From contig CBDCCZ010000038.1 of the NCBI GenBank assembly GCA_965215005.1, positions 64,001 through 128,000 of the forward strand: 64,000 nt of DNA. The letters run 5' to 3'. The DNA comes from Kofleriaceae bacterium (lineage in GTDB: Bacteria; Myxococcota_A; Polyangia; Haliangiales; Haliangiaceae). This document shows, one piece after another, positions 30,261 to 44,351 of this stretch (the stretch's first letter is position 1; each line of letters starts with the position of its first letter). A program made the position numbers and the translations under genes. The notes below the pieces were generated by a model. That model was not told the DNA's origin, searched no databases, and saw nothing but the letters and a program-made list of their open reading frames with translations.

Positions 30261-31427
30261 TCAAGCGGGTCCGAAGCGAACGGTATCGAGAACTAGATCC
30301 ACTAGCTGCGCGCGATACAGCGCAATATAGCAGAGGGCGAGCACCGCGACGAACGCCGTGACGATGTGTGCCAGCGACCGCGCTCGCCGCGGCGGTTTCC
30401 CGGCGGCCAACGCTGCGCCGCTGAGCCAGGTGATCGCCAGCCCGCCGACCGCGATGGTGGCAACGGCGGGTCCGGCGGCGAAGTAGTCACTGTACGCCGC
30501 GAACATGAGTAGCGCGAGCCCTGGCGCGAGATAGACGACCTCGATGGGAGGGACTACCAGCGCTCGCAACGACTGTTGCAGCGTGCGCGTGGTTGCGGCC
30601 AGCGAAGCCAGAAAACCAGCCGCGGTGAGAATGAGAAGCGCGAGCGCTGCTACGTACAGCCGATGACGCCGGCGCTCGCTTTGAGCGTGACTGAGCGCAT
30701 CGTGCTGAGTTTGGCGTCGCGACGGCTCCGTGCCCACCGGCAAGGCTCGATATTCGGCTATTGCAGTGTCGAAGTCGCCAAGCGCCAACGCTGCGTCGGC
30801 GCCACCTAGCTGCGCTTCGTAGCGCTCTTTGGAATCGGGCCAGCGCCGCACCACCTCGCGGAACCAACGCCGCGCCAGCGCCGGCTGCGAACGGCGCGTG
30901 TGAAGGTTGGCCAACCACAGCGCCACCGCCGGTAATCCCGACCAGGTGCTGTACTCGGCGATCAGCGCTTCGGCCATACGCTGCGACTGCACCTCGCTGC
31001 GCTCGCCATAGCCCATGCGCAGCTCGTTCCAGCGAGCGATCGCGGCGGTGTCCTCGCCAAGCGGACCGAGCTGCGCGCGCAGCGCCTCGGCTCTCTGCTG
31101 GGCTGCCAAGGCCACTCGACTGCGAGGAAAACGCGCGAGCAGCTGCTCATAGAGCGCCAGCCCCTGCGTTGGCTCACCGAGCCGCTCGACACGCAACTCT
31201 GCGGCGCTAAACAGCGCATCTGCCGCCAGCGCCGGCTGCGCGAGCGCATCCTGAGCGACCGCTTCGTATGCCTCGGTTGCCTCGCGCCAGCGAGCTGCCG
31301 CCATTGCCTCGGCTGCGGCGGCGAACCGTTCTTGCACCTGGGCCTTGCTGCTTGGCACGTCGGCGCGCGCGGATGGCTGCAGCGCCATTAGCGCCATCAG
31401 CACCATCATCGCTGCGATCGCTTGCAT
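30261..31427 (-). CDS. Exported TPR protein with about 4 C-terminal TM helices
   Basis: Signal peptide ..ARA, TPR-like helices (YEQLLARFPRS, VVRRWPDS), hydrophobic C-terminus. Confidence 0.8.
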   Translation of the reverse strand: MQAIAAMMVLMALMALQPSARADVPSSKAQVQERFAAAAEAMAAARWREATEAYEAVAQDALAQPALAADALFSAAELRVERLGEPTQGLALYEQLLARFPRSRVALAAQQRAEALRAQLGPLGEDTAAIARWNELRMGYGERSEVQSQRMAEALIAEYSTWSGLPAVALWLANLHTRRSQPALARRWFREVVRRWPDSKERYEAQLGGADAALALGDFDTAIAEYRALPVGTEPSRRQTQHDALSHAQSERRRHRLYVAALALLILTAAGFLASLAATTRTLQQSLRALVVPPIEVVYLAPGLALLMFAAYSDYFAAGPAVATIAVGGLAITWLSGAALAAGKPPRRARSLAHIVTAFVAVLALCYIALYRAQLVDLVLDTVRFGPA

Positions 31428-31435
31428 GGCGCTCG

Positions 31436-32841
<1,406 letters not shown>

Positions 32842-32845
<4 letters not shown>

Positions 32846-33810
32846 CGGTGCTCCTGATCCTTGGTGCGTGAGCGGGTCGTCAAGTAGATCGCGATGAGCA
32901 GTAGGAGCCCACCCACGACATACATCCACGACTGGTCGGTCGACCGCGCGGCCGGCTGTTCGACCCGCATGATCACGCCACCCTCGGGCGGTGCCCCGAG
33001 ACTCGGCGCCAACGGCGCGCGGGTGGCGGCTGAGTCGTGGGCTGCTGGCGCGGGCTCATCGGCAGCCAGATCTCTGGCTTCTGGCAGGGTGCCGAGTGGC
33101 CGGGGCTCAGCGGCAGCCGTGAGCTCTAATGAATTGGCTATAGTTTCACAGCGAGCCGTAGCGCCCTCCATCTCAGCCTGTGCGAAGCATTCCACGGTGG
33201 CTTGCGCGACATTGCCATCGGAGCGGGCCCAGACCACGGTGACTACCGCGGCGTTGGTGTGGTTGGCCACGTGACGCCAGCGCAGATTCGCGCGCGCGAC
33301 CCCATCGGTGACAGACTCGTTCCACGCTAATAGCCGCGCGTCATCGGCGGCGAGCGCTGCGGCTTCGGGAATCCGTCGCACACGTTCGATGGCGGCCCGA
33401 GCGGCGACCTCCGCTGAGGCGGGCGGCTCATCGCTCTCGAGCCACCAGACCCACACCACCACGCCATCGGCGGACGACGTATAGGTGGCCGCGTCGCCGC
33501 TCGCCGCAACCTCGCCAAACACGCGTCGGTCTGCGAGCTCGGCAGCCAGCGCTTTGCCCTGGCCTGCGTCGACGGCGAATTGCGGTGGCACGGCCACACT
33601 CATCCACGGCGGCGGCCCTGGCACCGCCGCGGGCTCGTCAGTCACCTGCGCCGAAGCGACGCCAGTGGCTGAAAGCATCCATCCGATAACGCACGCCGCT
33701 GCGGCGCGCTGCGCCCATGCGATTGCCTTTCCGCACTGCCGCACCACGGCTGTGCTTTCGAGCGAGATCGCACTTCGCCGCGGAGTTGATGCAGCTCGTT
33801 CACCGGTCAT
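32842..33810 (-). CDS. Exported hypothetical protein with C-terminal TM anchor
   Basis: Signal peptide ..ASA, a Cys pair, C-terminal WMYVVGGLLLLIAIYLTTRSR. ATGA overlap with the next gene. Confidence 0.75.
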
Positions 33811-33825
33811 GGGATCCTTGCCAGG

Positions 33826-34416
33826 TCACGTCGGCCCGCGGAACTGCGCTAGCAGGTGTTTACACTGCTGCTTGCAGCGCTCGGGCTCTCGGTCGTTGTA
33901 GAAGCACGCGGCCATCGCTGCAACCACTAGCGAGGGCTCAGGCGCGGTCGCAATCGTGTGAACAGTTCCCTGCATGGTAGGCGCAACGAAAGCAAAGCTC
34001 GAGTGCGAGGTGCCGCCATTGGTGCGCGGCTCGCGCCAGGCGCTTATGTCGAGGCCGGCTCCGGCGGCCGCGTCGCGAAGCTGCTCGTGCAGTGCGATCG
34101 TGTCTATCTTGCGAGCTGCCAGCTCGCCGGTGAGGAGGTAGCAACCATCGGCGGGATCACCCCAGGCATGGCTGGTTATCGCCATATTCTTGCGCAGCTT
34201 TGGCAGCGCTGCCTCGCTCGCTTTCCCTGCGACGACGGGGAGCGGGACAAATGTTGGCGGCAACTCGAGGCCGTAGCGCGCCGGCGTCATGGGCTCGTCG
34301 GCAAGGGCGCCGGTCACCATCCACGCGAGCAGCGAAACTGCCGCGGCCGCTAGCGCTGCGAAGAATCGCCGTCTCGGTCTTTTCGCGGCGATATCGATTA
34401 TGGCAGGACGATCCAT
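33826..34416 (-). CDS. Exported hypothetical protein
   Basis: RRRFFAALAAAAVSLLAW signal, four Cys. Overlaps the astA 3' end. Confidence 0.7.
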   Translation of the reverse strand: MDRPAIIDIAAKRPRRRFFAALAAAAVSLLAWMVTGALADEPMTPARYGLELPPTFVPLPVVAGKASEAALPKLRKNMAITSHAWGDPADGCYLLTGELAARKIDTIALHEQLRDAAAGAGLDISAWREPRTNGGTSHSSFAFVAPTMQGTVHTIATAPEPSLVVAAMAACFYNDREPERCKQQCKHLLAQFRGPT

Positions 34417-35423
34417 ACGCGCTCGCCTTCGCCGACGCCGAGGCGGTCGAGCGCCGCTCCGGGAACGCCCACGGATGCGTCGTCGGAACCGGGAATAACG
34501 CGGGTTCCCACGGCCACGAAGCTGGGCTCTGCCGCGCTGCTGGTGGCGAGAATCGCCCACGGACGCGACTCATCGGCGGTGTCGATACGGCGCGCGCGCA
34601 CCTGCCGGGAATCGCGCACCAAGGTGATCGAGTCGGTTTCGGCGATGAAGTGCGGTCCGCCGTCGAACGGGTCGATCTGGTTGGCGAACTGAAATCCGAT
34701 GCGCCGCAACATCTTCTCGACGCCTTTGGTATCGGGGCCGACGTGACCGATCACCGCTTGCACTTCTTTGGGCAGTAGCGACGTATAGATGACAGTGTGC
34801 GGAAACAAGGCGCGAATGAACTCTTTATTGTGTTTCGATAGAATGTCGGCTTCTTGATACGTGAGACCGGTGAAGCGCTTTCCAAGCTGTTCCCACAGCA
34901 CACTCGTGCCATTGTCCTCGAGTGGTGGCAACAACTCGGATACTACCTTGTCGCGGAACACCGGCCGGTGCATCTTGATGAACAAGAAGCGCATGTATGA
35001 AAGCAGCTTCCCCAGCTGCTGCTTGTGGCGACGGTATTGCGGCAGCAGGATCAGCCCGCCGATTTCCGAAGGGCCATCGTAGTTGTAGCCGATGCGCAGC
35101 GTTTGATGGACGAAGTATCGATCGAGGGTTTCCGAGTAGCGCTCGTCGTTCTCGACGCTGAAGAACACGTGCGGCGCGCGGCGAGTTCCGTGCTGCGCGT
35201 GAATCATGGAGGTACCGACGATGGTGTCGCGCTCCGCATCGACGAGCACGAACAGGTATTCGCGCTCAGACTCGGGGCAGCTGCCGTCGAAAGAGCGAGA
35301 CGACAAATCGAGAATCGACTCGAGATGCTCGCGATTGGCGGGCAAGTTTACCGAGTCGAGATGCTCGGCAACGGCAAAGATTGCGTCGAGGTCGGAGCGA
35401 AAGCTTTGACGGATGTAAAACAT
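34398..35423 (-). CDS. astA: Arginine N-succinyltransferase
   Basis: YLFVL.D..IVGTS, SEIGGL.L, GKLLS..RFLF, VIG.V, GF.....DPFDGGP. Confidence 0.9.
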   Translation of the reverse strand: MFYIRQSFRSDLDAIFAVAEHLDSVNLPANREHLESILDLSSRSFDGSCPESEREYLFVLVDAERDTIVGTSMIHAQHGTRRAPHVFFSVENDERYSETLDRYFVHQTLRIGYNYDGPSEIGGLILLPQYRRHKQQLGKLLSYMRFLFIKMHRPVFRDKVVSELLPPLEDNGTSVLWEQLGKRFTGLTYQEADILSKHNKEFIRALFPHTVIYTSLLPKEVQAVIGHVGPDTKGVEKMLRRIGFQFANQIDPFDGGPHFIAETDSITLVRDSRQVRARRIDTADESRPWAILATSSAAEPSFVAVGTRVIPGSDDASVGVPGAALDRLGVGEGERVWIVLP

Positions 35424-36262
35424 CACGGCACCAGTTCGGTGAGGGCGGTGACCACGCCGTAACGAACTTCGCTGGCTGCGCGAGTCACCCAATCAGATAG
35501 CTGTGGATTTAGCATCTCAGCGACGACCTCGGAGCCTGACACGATGCGAATGGTGCGCTCGCCGCACGCGATCCGGCGATGGTTCTCGGTATCGATCCAA
35601 TCGAGGATCTCGGGCAGGGCGCGGGTGGTGACGGATTGGTTGTCATGCATGAGCACCACCGCACGGCCCTCGAGATGGCGCAGTTTACCGATAATCGCCT
35701 CGGCGACTCGCTGGCTGTCCTGATGCTTCCACTCCTGCGGATCGATATCCCAGTGCAGATGAGCGATGCCGGAGCTCTCGAGGAGCGCTACAAGGCTGTC
35801 GCACTTGGCTCCGTAGGGGGAGCGAAAGAGTACGATGGGCATTCCGGTGAGCTCACTAAAAATGGCGGCGTTGTCGAGGACCTCACTTTGCATGGTGGGG
35901 CCATCCACGCGGCACAAGTTGGCGTGCGAGAGGGTGTGGTTGGCCACGATGTGACCATCGCGCAGCGCCCGTTGCACCAATGCGCGGCGCGCCTCGGTGC
36001 CGGCGCTTGCATGCTCGCTGCGGTCGCGCACGCGGCGACCGACCCAGAAGAAGATGGCGCGAATTCCCCGCGCCTCGAGCACATCGAGAACCTCCGCGGT
36101 GTAGCGAGGGTGAGGACCGTCGTCGAAGGTGAGGACGACTTCAGGACCGCCGGTCGCTGAGGGGCCCGCTGCCGGTTTAGGCCACTTTCCCGCGCGCGCT
36201 AGCTCAGCCGGAGCCGCCAGCAGCGCTGCGGAAAGCAGTACGATAGAGATCGCTTTGGACAT
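35423..36262 (-). CDS. Polysaccharide deacetylase (CE4/NodB), exported
   Basis: LTFDDGP, NHTLSH, FRSPYG, DPQEW, VLMHD. Confidence 0.93.
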   Translation of the reverse strand: MSKAISIVLLSAALLAAPAELARAGKWPKPAAGPSATGGPEVVLTFDDGPHPRYTAEVLDVLEARGIRAIFFWVGRRVRDRSEHASAGTEARRALVQRALRDGHIVANHTLSHANLCRVDGPTMQSEVLDNAAIFSELTGMPIVLFRSPYGAKCDSLVALLESSGIAHLHWDIDPQEWKHQDSQRVAEAIIGKLRHLEGRAVVLMHDNQSVTTRALPEILDWIDTENHRRIACGERTIRIVSGSEVVAEMLNPQLSDWVTRAASEVRYGVVTALTELVP

Positions 36263-36478
36263 GGAAACGCGTCGTCGGTTGTATCCCGGAACGATCGCGC
36301 AGACCAAGTACTAGCCCCGTCGCGGGGCGGAGGCAGCAGCGGCAAGCGCCCTGGTACGGCCGCGGCAAAAGCGGCAAATCCCGTAACTAGCGCGAATTCG
36401 CTCCGAGAACGGCAAGCCGCCCTTATGCGGCCGCAGACACCAGCGCTGCGGCCGCAGCTCGACAACGACTTTCGCGGC

Positions 36479-36934
36479 CTAGAAGGGGATGTCGTCGTCG
36501 GGCCCGCTGCCACCGCCCGAGTCGCCGTAGCTGTAGTCAGGCTCGGCGGGAGGCGGAAAATCGTCGCCACCGCCGCCACGCCCGCCGCCGCCGCCGCCAC
36601 TGCCGCCGCCGAGGAACTGCACGTCGTTGGCGATGACCTCGGTCATGAACCGCTTGTTGCCATCTTTGTCATCCCAGCTGCGGGTCTGCAGCCGACCTTC
36701 GACATACACCTGCCGGCCTTTGCTGAGAAACTTGCTGCAGACCTCGCCGCGTTTGCCCCACACGACGACGCGGTGCCACTCCGTGCGCTCTTGCTTCTGC
36801 CCGTTGCGGTCGGTCCAAGACTCGTTGGTCGCGAGCCGCAGCTCGCAAACCCCCGCGCCGTTTGGGGTATAGCGCATGTCGGGATCGGCCCCGAGGTTGC
36901 CGACGAGAATGACTTTGTTGACTCCACCAGCCAT
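36479..36934 (-). CDS. ssb: Single-stranded DNA-binding protein
   Basis: [20 protein letters not shown], Gly-rich tail, DDDIPF terminus. Confidence 0.98.
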   Translation of the reverse strand: MAGGVNKVILVGNLGADPDMRYTPNGAGVCELRLATNESWTDRNGQKQERTEWHRVVVWGKRGEVCSKFLSKGRQVYVEGRLQTRSWDDKDGNKRFMTEVIANDVQFLGGGSGGGGGGRGGGGDDFPPPAEPDYSYGDSGGGSGPDDDIPF

Positions 36935-37096
36935 GATCAATCCTTACGAAAACCGGCGCGGCCGGCCGCCTGCACCGCTCGATGAAACTCGCTTCTAGCA
37001 TGATTGTCTGACAGCTGCGGCCGCTCGTCGAACCACCTGGCGGCTTGCCGGCAGCCGCTCTTGAGAGACGCTCACCAGCCTAGTAAAAGCGTTCCA

Positions 37097-37858
37097 ATGT
37101 ATCGGCATCTTTCGGTCGCGGTGATCGTGCCTGCGTTCAACGAAGAGCGCGCGATTCGCGCGACCATTGCCGCCGTTCCAGAGTTTGCCGACCACGTCAT
37201 CGTCATCGACGACGCCTCGAGGGACGCGACCGCCGAGCACGCGTGCGCTCCTGGTCGACCTTTCGAGCTGATTCGGCACGGCGCCAACCGCGGCGTCGGC
37301 GCCGCCATCGTCACCGGGTACCGTCGCGCGCTCGCCCACGGCTACGACGCCGCCGTTGTCATGGCGGGCGATGGACAGATGGATCCCACTGATCTGCCGG
37401 CGCTCCTAGACGTGCTCGCCGACGACCGGGCCGACTACGCCAAAGGCAACCGCTTCCGTCACCCCGATGTCTGGCGAGCGATGCCGCCGGCGCGGCTGGT
37501 CGGTAACCTCGCGCTCTCCACCGCCACCCGTTTCACCAGCGGCTATCGCCATATCTTCGATTCCCAGTGCGGCTACACCGCCATCACCCGCGCGGCGCTC
37601 GAGCGCATCGATCTCGCTCGCGTGTTCCCGAGGTATGGCTATCCCAACGACCTGCTTGCCCGGCTTCACGCGGCTGGCATGCGCGTGGCCGATGTGCCGG
37701 TGCGACCCATCTATGGCCCGGCGTGGAAGAGCGGTATCACTATCGGCACGGCGATGTATCCGGTTGCGTACGTGCTGCTGCGCTCGTGGACGCGACGGCT
37801 GATCGTCGAGGGCGCGCAGCGTTGGTGGCGCGCGTTGCCGGCGCGCACCGGGCAGTGA
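37097..37858 (+). CDS. Glycosyltransferase family 2
   Basis: VIVPAFNEE, IDDASRD, MAGDGQMDP, DSQCGY. Confidence 0.92.
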   Translation: MYRHLSVAVIVPAFNEERAIRATIAAVPEFADHVIVIDDASRDATAEHACAPGRPFELIRHGANRGVGAAIVTGYRRALAHGYDAAVVMAGDGQMDPTDLPALLDVLADDRADYAKGNRFRHPDVWRAMPPARLVGNLALSTATRFTSGYRHIFDSQCGYTAITRAALERIDLARVFPRYGYPNDLLARLHAAGMRVADVPVRPIYGPAWKSGITIGTAMYPVAYVLLRSWTRRLIVEGAQRWWRALPARTGQ

Positions 37859-37877
37859 CGATCGCGCTGGTGCCACG

Positions 37878-38990
37878 ATGCGGATAGGCATCGTCACGAC
37901 CTCCTATCCGCGGTTTGCCGACGATCCAGCAGGCACGTTCGTCGCCGGTCATGCGCGCTGGCTGCGCGCCGCCGGGCATACAGTCGAGGTCATTGCCGCA
38001 CGCGACCGCACGGCCATGGACGCCGGCAGTGAGTTCGGAATCCCGATTCACGGCGTGCCGGCTCCCGCGGGTCTCTTTTATAGAGGCGGCGCCCCGGACG
38101 CACTCGAGCGCACGCCTCTGCTGCTCGCCGGCGCTGCCCGATTCGCGGCGGCGCAGGCGGTGGCGGTGCGTCGCCACGCCGCCCGCTTCGACGCCATCGT
38201 GGCCCACTGGCTGGCGCCGTCGGCGCTGGCTGCGGTGCCAACGCGACTGCCGCTGCTTGCCATCGCGCACTCTGGCGACGTCCACTTGCTAGCCCGGCTT
38301 GGCCTTACCCGTTTAGCCGCGCTCGGGTTGCAGCGAGCGCGGTTGGTGTTCGTGAGCCGCGCCCTTCGCGACGGCTTCTGCGGCGCGCTGCCGGCAGCCT
38401 TGGCCGCGTCGACCGCGCGCCGCGCGCTGGTTCAGCCCATGGCGATCGATGTGGCCCGTTTGGCGGCGGCGCGGCGGCCGGGCGGGGGCCACGGAGTGCT
38501 GTTTTTAGGCCGCTTGGTGCCCATTAAAGGCCTCGCCGTCTTGGCTCGCGCCGCGCCGATGATCGCTGCGCCAATCACCATTGCCGGCGCAGGACCGGGC
38601 GCGCCGCGCGAGTTGCATTGCGTGGGCGAGGTTCGGGGCGCTGCCCGCGATCAGCTGCTCGCTGCCGCGCGGGTGCTGGTGGTGCCGTCGCTACCAACTC
38701 CGACCGGCCGAACCGAAGGATTGCCCACGGTGATTCTCGAGGCGATGGCCGCGGGGGTGCCAGTGGTGGCATCAGACACCGGCGGCATCAGTGAGCTGCC
38801 TTCGGAGGTGGTGACCCGGGTTCCCAGTGGTGACCCGCGTTCCCTCGCGCAGGCGATAAACGCGCTGCTTAGCGATGATTTCCGCTGGCAGCGGCAGCGC
38901 AACCGTGCACTGCGGTACGCACAGCGCTGTTCTTGGGAGGTTGTTGGACCCCGGCTCCTGCGCCATCTGGGTATCCCGACGCGGGATTGA
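37878..38990 (+). CDS. Glycosyltransferase family 4
   Basis: TTSYPR, FLGRLVPIKG, EGLPTVILEAMAAG.PVVAS..GG. Confidence 0.92.
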   Translation: MRIGIVTTSYPRFADDPAGTFVAGHARWLRAAGHTVEVIAARDRTAMDAGSEFGIPIHGVPAPAGLFYRGGAPDALERTPLLLAGAARFAAAQAVAVRRHAARFDAIVAHWLAPSALAAVPTRLPLLAIAHSGDVHLLARLGLTRLAALGLQRARLVFVSRALRDGFCGALPAALAASTARRALVQPMAIDVARLAAARRPGGGHGVLFLGRLVPIKGLAVLARAAPMIAAPITIAGAGPGAPRELHCVGEVRGAARDQLLAAARVLVVPSLPTPTGRTEGLPTVILEAMAAGVPVVASDTGGISELPSEVVTRVPSGDPRSLAQAINALLSDDFRWQRQRNRALRYAQRCSWEVVGPRLLRHLGIPTRD

Positions 38991-39251
38991 GGCGCGTCAA
39001 TCGTCTCTGCCGTTCGCGGCCGCTGCTGACTAAGTTTCAGTAATTGCGAAGTATTCTACGCAGAGCTGCGCACCGCTCTTCCGGTGATGCTCTCCAAGCG
39101 GTTCAGGTAGGTTCCGCCATGACGCGCTGCGACGACAGGATACGCCCGGATTCCGCGAGGTTGGCTTCACCTGCTACTGTCGTCACAGGACGTCTTCCAT
39201 TTGTCACACGGCTGAAACACCACGGAACGAAATCTGCAATCCCGACGGCGC

Positions 39252-39872
39252 ATGGCATCCACTCGGCAGTACGACGTTTCGGTCATTCTCCCGTTCAGCG
39301 ACGACGAGGAGCTCATCGGAACCGCCGTCAGCCGTATTGCCAGCCATCTCCGCGAGCACCGCCTCACCTTTGAGTTGCTCGCGATCGATGAAGACTCCGG
39401 AGACAATTGCCACGCCATCCTCGCGCTGCTTCGCGCGCAGGTGCCTGAGCTTCGGGTGACCAATTCCGGCGGCCCGAGGCGCGGTTTCGAGTTTGGCGCC
39501 CATCGTGCTCAGGGGCGAGTTCTTTGGCTGATCGAGCCGCGGGAGGCGCTGGCGCCGCTGGCCGCGTTCGGTCGTGCATATCGGCGGACGGTGCGCGGCG
39601 ACAGCGATTTGGTCATCGTCAAGCAGCGCTTCTGTCTTGCCCGCCGCACCCGCTTGCTCAGCGTCATCGATGGCCTGCGCGGCAATGCCTCGCTGTTTCA
39701 GCGTCGCCTGGCGCGGCGTGCGCAGCAGCGCCGCCTGGCGGTTGAGGTCCAAGTGCTGGGCGGCTCGGTGCCTCGCCGCGCGCCGCGGCAGCGGCGGTGG
39801 ACGCGGCTTCTGGTCGCGTTGACTCCGGTGCGCGGCGTGGCGCTGGCGTTTGGCGCCCGCGAGCGCACCTGA
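39252..39872 (+). CDS. GT2-like protein, apparently degenerate
   Basis: VSVILPFSDDEE and IDEDSGD match the GT2 N-terminus. The DxD position reads IEP. Confidence 0.7.
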   Translation: MASTRQYDVSVILPFSDDEELIGTAVSRIASHLREHRLTFELLAIDEDSGDNCHAILALLRAQVPELRVTNSGGPRRGFEFGAHRAQGRVLWLIEPREALAPLAAFGRAYRRTVRGDSDLVIVKQRFCLARRTRLLSVIDGLRGNASLFQRRLARRAQQRRLAVEVQVLGGSVPRRAPRQRRWTRLLVALTPVRGVALAFGARERT

Positions 39873-39925
39873 GCTCGACCGTCACAACCGGCGGCGCCTG
39901 GTAACGCCGCTGCTATACTCGCGCG

Positions 39926-41068
39926 GTGTATTGGCTCGGCGCTGTCATCGCCATCAGTCTGCTCATCGTCGTCCACGAGGCAGGCCACTTCGTTGTCGCG
40001 AAGCTTTGCAAGATGCGGGTGGACCGTTTCAGCCTCGGCTTCGGTCCCGCAATTCTCGGCTGGAAGCGCAACGGCACGCTGTTTCAGCTCGCGCCGATCC
40101 CCTTTGGCGGGTTCGTCGAAATTCGCGGCATGAACGTCGCTGAGGATGTCGACCGCGACGATCCCCACGCCTACCCAAATCGTCCCGTCTGGCAGCGCTT
40201 TCTGACCATCTTCGCGGGCCCGGCCACGAATTATCTTTTCGCGATATTGCTCGCGTTTGGGCTCTTCACCTGCGAAGGAGTGGAGGCCGATACCGCTCAT
40301 TACACTGTCACGAGTGTGAGCGCGGGGGCGCCGGCGGCCGGTAAGCTCGAGCCCGGCGATACCATTATTGGATTCAACGGCGAGTCCGCCGCCTTGGTGG
40401 AAGATGGCGTGGCCGCCGAGGTCTCGGTGCTCGAGCGAATCGCCCGCTCCGGCGGTGAGCCCATCGTGCTCACGGTGCTGCGCCAAGGCCGGCCAGTCGA
40501 CGTCGAGCTCGTGCCGGCCCGCACCAAGGAGTTGGCCGACATGCTGGTAGCCTGCGACGCCATCGACAAGCAGCGCGGTTTGCCGCGAACGCAATCGCTC
40601 TGCGGGCTGTTTCGGGGCAACGTCCCGGTTCGCATCGGCGTTGCGCTCGACTTCGACTTCGAGCGCCTGGACGTGGGTCTCTTCGGAGCATTGGGACACG
40701 CGCTGTGGTATCCGGTCGAGCAAACGAAGGTAATCCTGGGTGGTCTTTACAAGATCGTCATCGGCGAGGAGAAGGGCGAATTCAAGGGGCCAGTGGGCAT
40801 TGCCGACGTCGTGCAACAAGCCATCTCCTTCGGCTGGGTCACTGCGATCGGCCTGTTAATGGTGCTCAACGTCTATCTGGGCATGTTCAACCTGTTTCCG
40901 CTGCCCGCTCTCGATGGTGGCCGTCTGGTGTTCCTCACCTACGAGATGGCGACGCGACGGCGCGCTAACCCCAAGATCGAAGCCACAGTGCACATGGCCG
41001 GCATCATGGTGCTTCTGGTGTTGATGGTGGTCGTTACGTTCAACGACTGCCGCGCCGTGTTTTCGTAA
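39926..41068 (+). CDS. rseP: M50 intramembrane zinc protease RseP with PDZ domain
   Basis: HEAGH, FSLGFGP, AGP..N, GPVGI, NLFPLPALDGG. Confidence 0.95.
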   Translation: MYWLGAVIAISLLIVVHEAGHFVVAKLCKMRVDRFSLGFGPAILGWKRNGTLFQLAPIPFGGFVEIRGMNVAEDVDRDDPHAYPNRPVWQRFLTIFAGPATNYLFAILLAFGLFTCEGVEADTAHYTVTSVSAGAPAAGKLEPGDTIIGFNGESAALVEDGVAAEVSVLERIARSGGEPIVLTVLRQGRPVDVELVPARTKELADMLVACDAIDKQRGLPRTQSLCGLFRGNVPVRIGVALDFDFERLDVGLFGALGHALWYPVEQTKVILGGLYKIVIGEEKGEFKGPVGIADVVQQAISFGWVTAIGLLMVLNVYLGMFNLFPLPALDGGRLVFLTYEMATRRRANPKIEATVHMAGIMVLLVLMVVVTFNDCRAVFS

Positions 41069-41092
41069 ACCGCGCAGCCACGAGCCAACCGC

Positions 41093-42946
<1,854 letters not shown>

Positions 42947-42981
42947 TGCAACAGTTGCGCTCTCTTTAGCTTAGGCGTTTC

Positions 42982-44331
42982 ATGGCAGACAATCCGTTCA
43001 AGGCGATTCTGAACGTTCGGCGCGATGAGGTTCCTCTCGTCTTGGCGATGTTCACGTACTTCTTTGCGGTCATCATGACTTTCTGGATCCTCAAGCCGAT
43101 CAAGAAGGCCGCCTTCATCGGCTACTACGAGGCTGCCGATGGGTTTCACCACTTTGGCTGGGCGCTCGACGGCTCGCAGGTCGAGCTGCTAGCCAAGGTC
43201 GGGAACATGTTCATCGCCTTTGCGGCGGTAGTGGTCTTCACCTGGCTGGCGCGGCGTATGCGCCGCCAGCAGCTCACGTTGGTGTTTTGTGGCTTTTGCG
43301 CGGTGGCGCTCGCGTATTTCGCGTTTGCCACCGCCGACTCTTCGAATAGCACCGAAGCGCAAGGCTGGCTGCTATATCTCTTCGGCGACCTCTACAACAC
43401 GCTGATGGTTGCCACGTTCTTTGCGTTCTTGAACGATAGCTTTAGCCCAGAGGCCGCTAAGCGAAACTATGGCCCAATCATCTTGGGTGGTGTCACGGGC
43501 GGCGCCGTTGGCTCGATGTTCGTCCAGTTTCAAATCGATGCGTTTAGCTTTCGCACCTGGATGTTCATCTGCATCGGCATCACCGGCATCATCGCGCTGG
43601 TGGCTATCATCGCGGGGCGGTTGGTCGATCGCGCGCCGCCGCCGGAGAAGCAGACCTCCGATGAGCCGGAGCCGCCCCAGAGCAACGTGGCACTCGAAGG
43701 CGCACGGATTGTCTTTAGGAGCCGCTATCTGCTGGCGATCGTCACGATCGTCGCGATCTACGAGATCGTCTCCACGGTGATGGACTTTCAGTTCACTGCC
43801 ACGATCGCCGAGCGGGTGGCGCGGGAAGATCTAGACAACGCGTTTAGCACCACCTACGCCATCACCAACGCATTGGCGCTGTTCATTCAGCTGTTCTTGA
43901 CCACCGTCATTCTCAGCAAGTTTCGTCACAGCGTGGCGCTGCTGCTAATGCCTGTGGTGGTGCTGTTTGCCTCGAGTGGCTATCTGCTCGCGCCCATCGT
44001 ATACACAGCGGCTTCGTTGACTATATCGGACAACGCTTTGAACTACTCGATCAACCAGTCAGCGCGCGAAGCCCTCTATACGCCCACCAGCCGCGATGAA
44101 AAGTACAAAGCCAAGGCGTTCATCGACATGTTCGTGCAGCGCTTCGCCAAGGCTGTTGCCGTTGGTGTGAGCCTTGGCATTACGATGTTCTTGGGCGAAG
44201 GCGAGGGCGTCGACTTCTCCAGTCTGCGGTACCTATCGATCTTCGTCATCCTGCTCGTCGTCCTGTGGATCGCCGCCGCCAGATACGCGGGCCGTCGTTT
44301 CGAGCAGCTAACCGCGGACGCGCCGCGTTGA
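42982..44331 (+). CDS. Npt1/Npt2 (TLC, ATP/ADP translocase-like) nucleotide transporter
   Basis: About 12 TM helices. ILKPIK, EAAKRNYG..GG..GG and NYSINQSAREALYTP..RDEKYKAKAFID..VQR are motifs typical of the NTT family. Confidence 0.85.
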   Translation: MADNPFKAILNVRRDEVPLVLAMFTYFFAVIMTFWILKPIKKAAFIGYYEAADGFHHFGWALDGSQVELLAKVGNMFIAFAAVVVFTWLARRMRRQQLTLVFCGFCAVALAYFAFATADSSNSTEAQGWLLYLFGDLYNTLMVATFFAFLNDSFSPEAAKRNYGPIILGGVTGGAVGSMFVQFQIDAFSFRTWMFICIGITGIIALVAIIAGRLVDRAPPPEKQTSDEPEPPQSNVALEGARIVFRSRYLLAIVTIVAIYEIVSTVMDFQFTATIAERVAREDLDNAFSTTYAITNALALFIQLFLTTVILSKFRHSVALLLMPVVVLFASSGYLLAPIVYTAASLTISDNALNYSINQSAREALYTPTSRDEKYKAKAFIDMFVQRFAKAVAVGVSLGITMFLGEGEGVDFSSLRYLSIFVILLVVLWIAAARYAGRRFEQLTADAPR

Positions 44332-44351
44332 CGTTGCATAATAGGAAATCC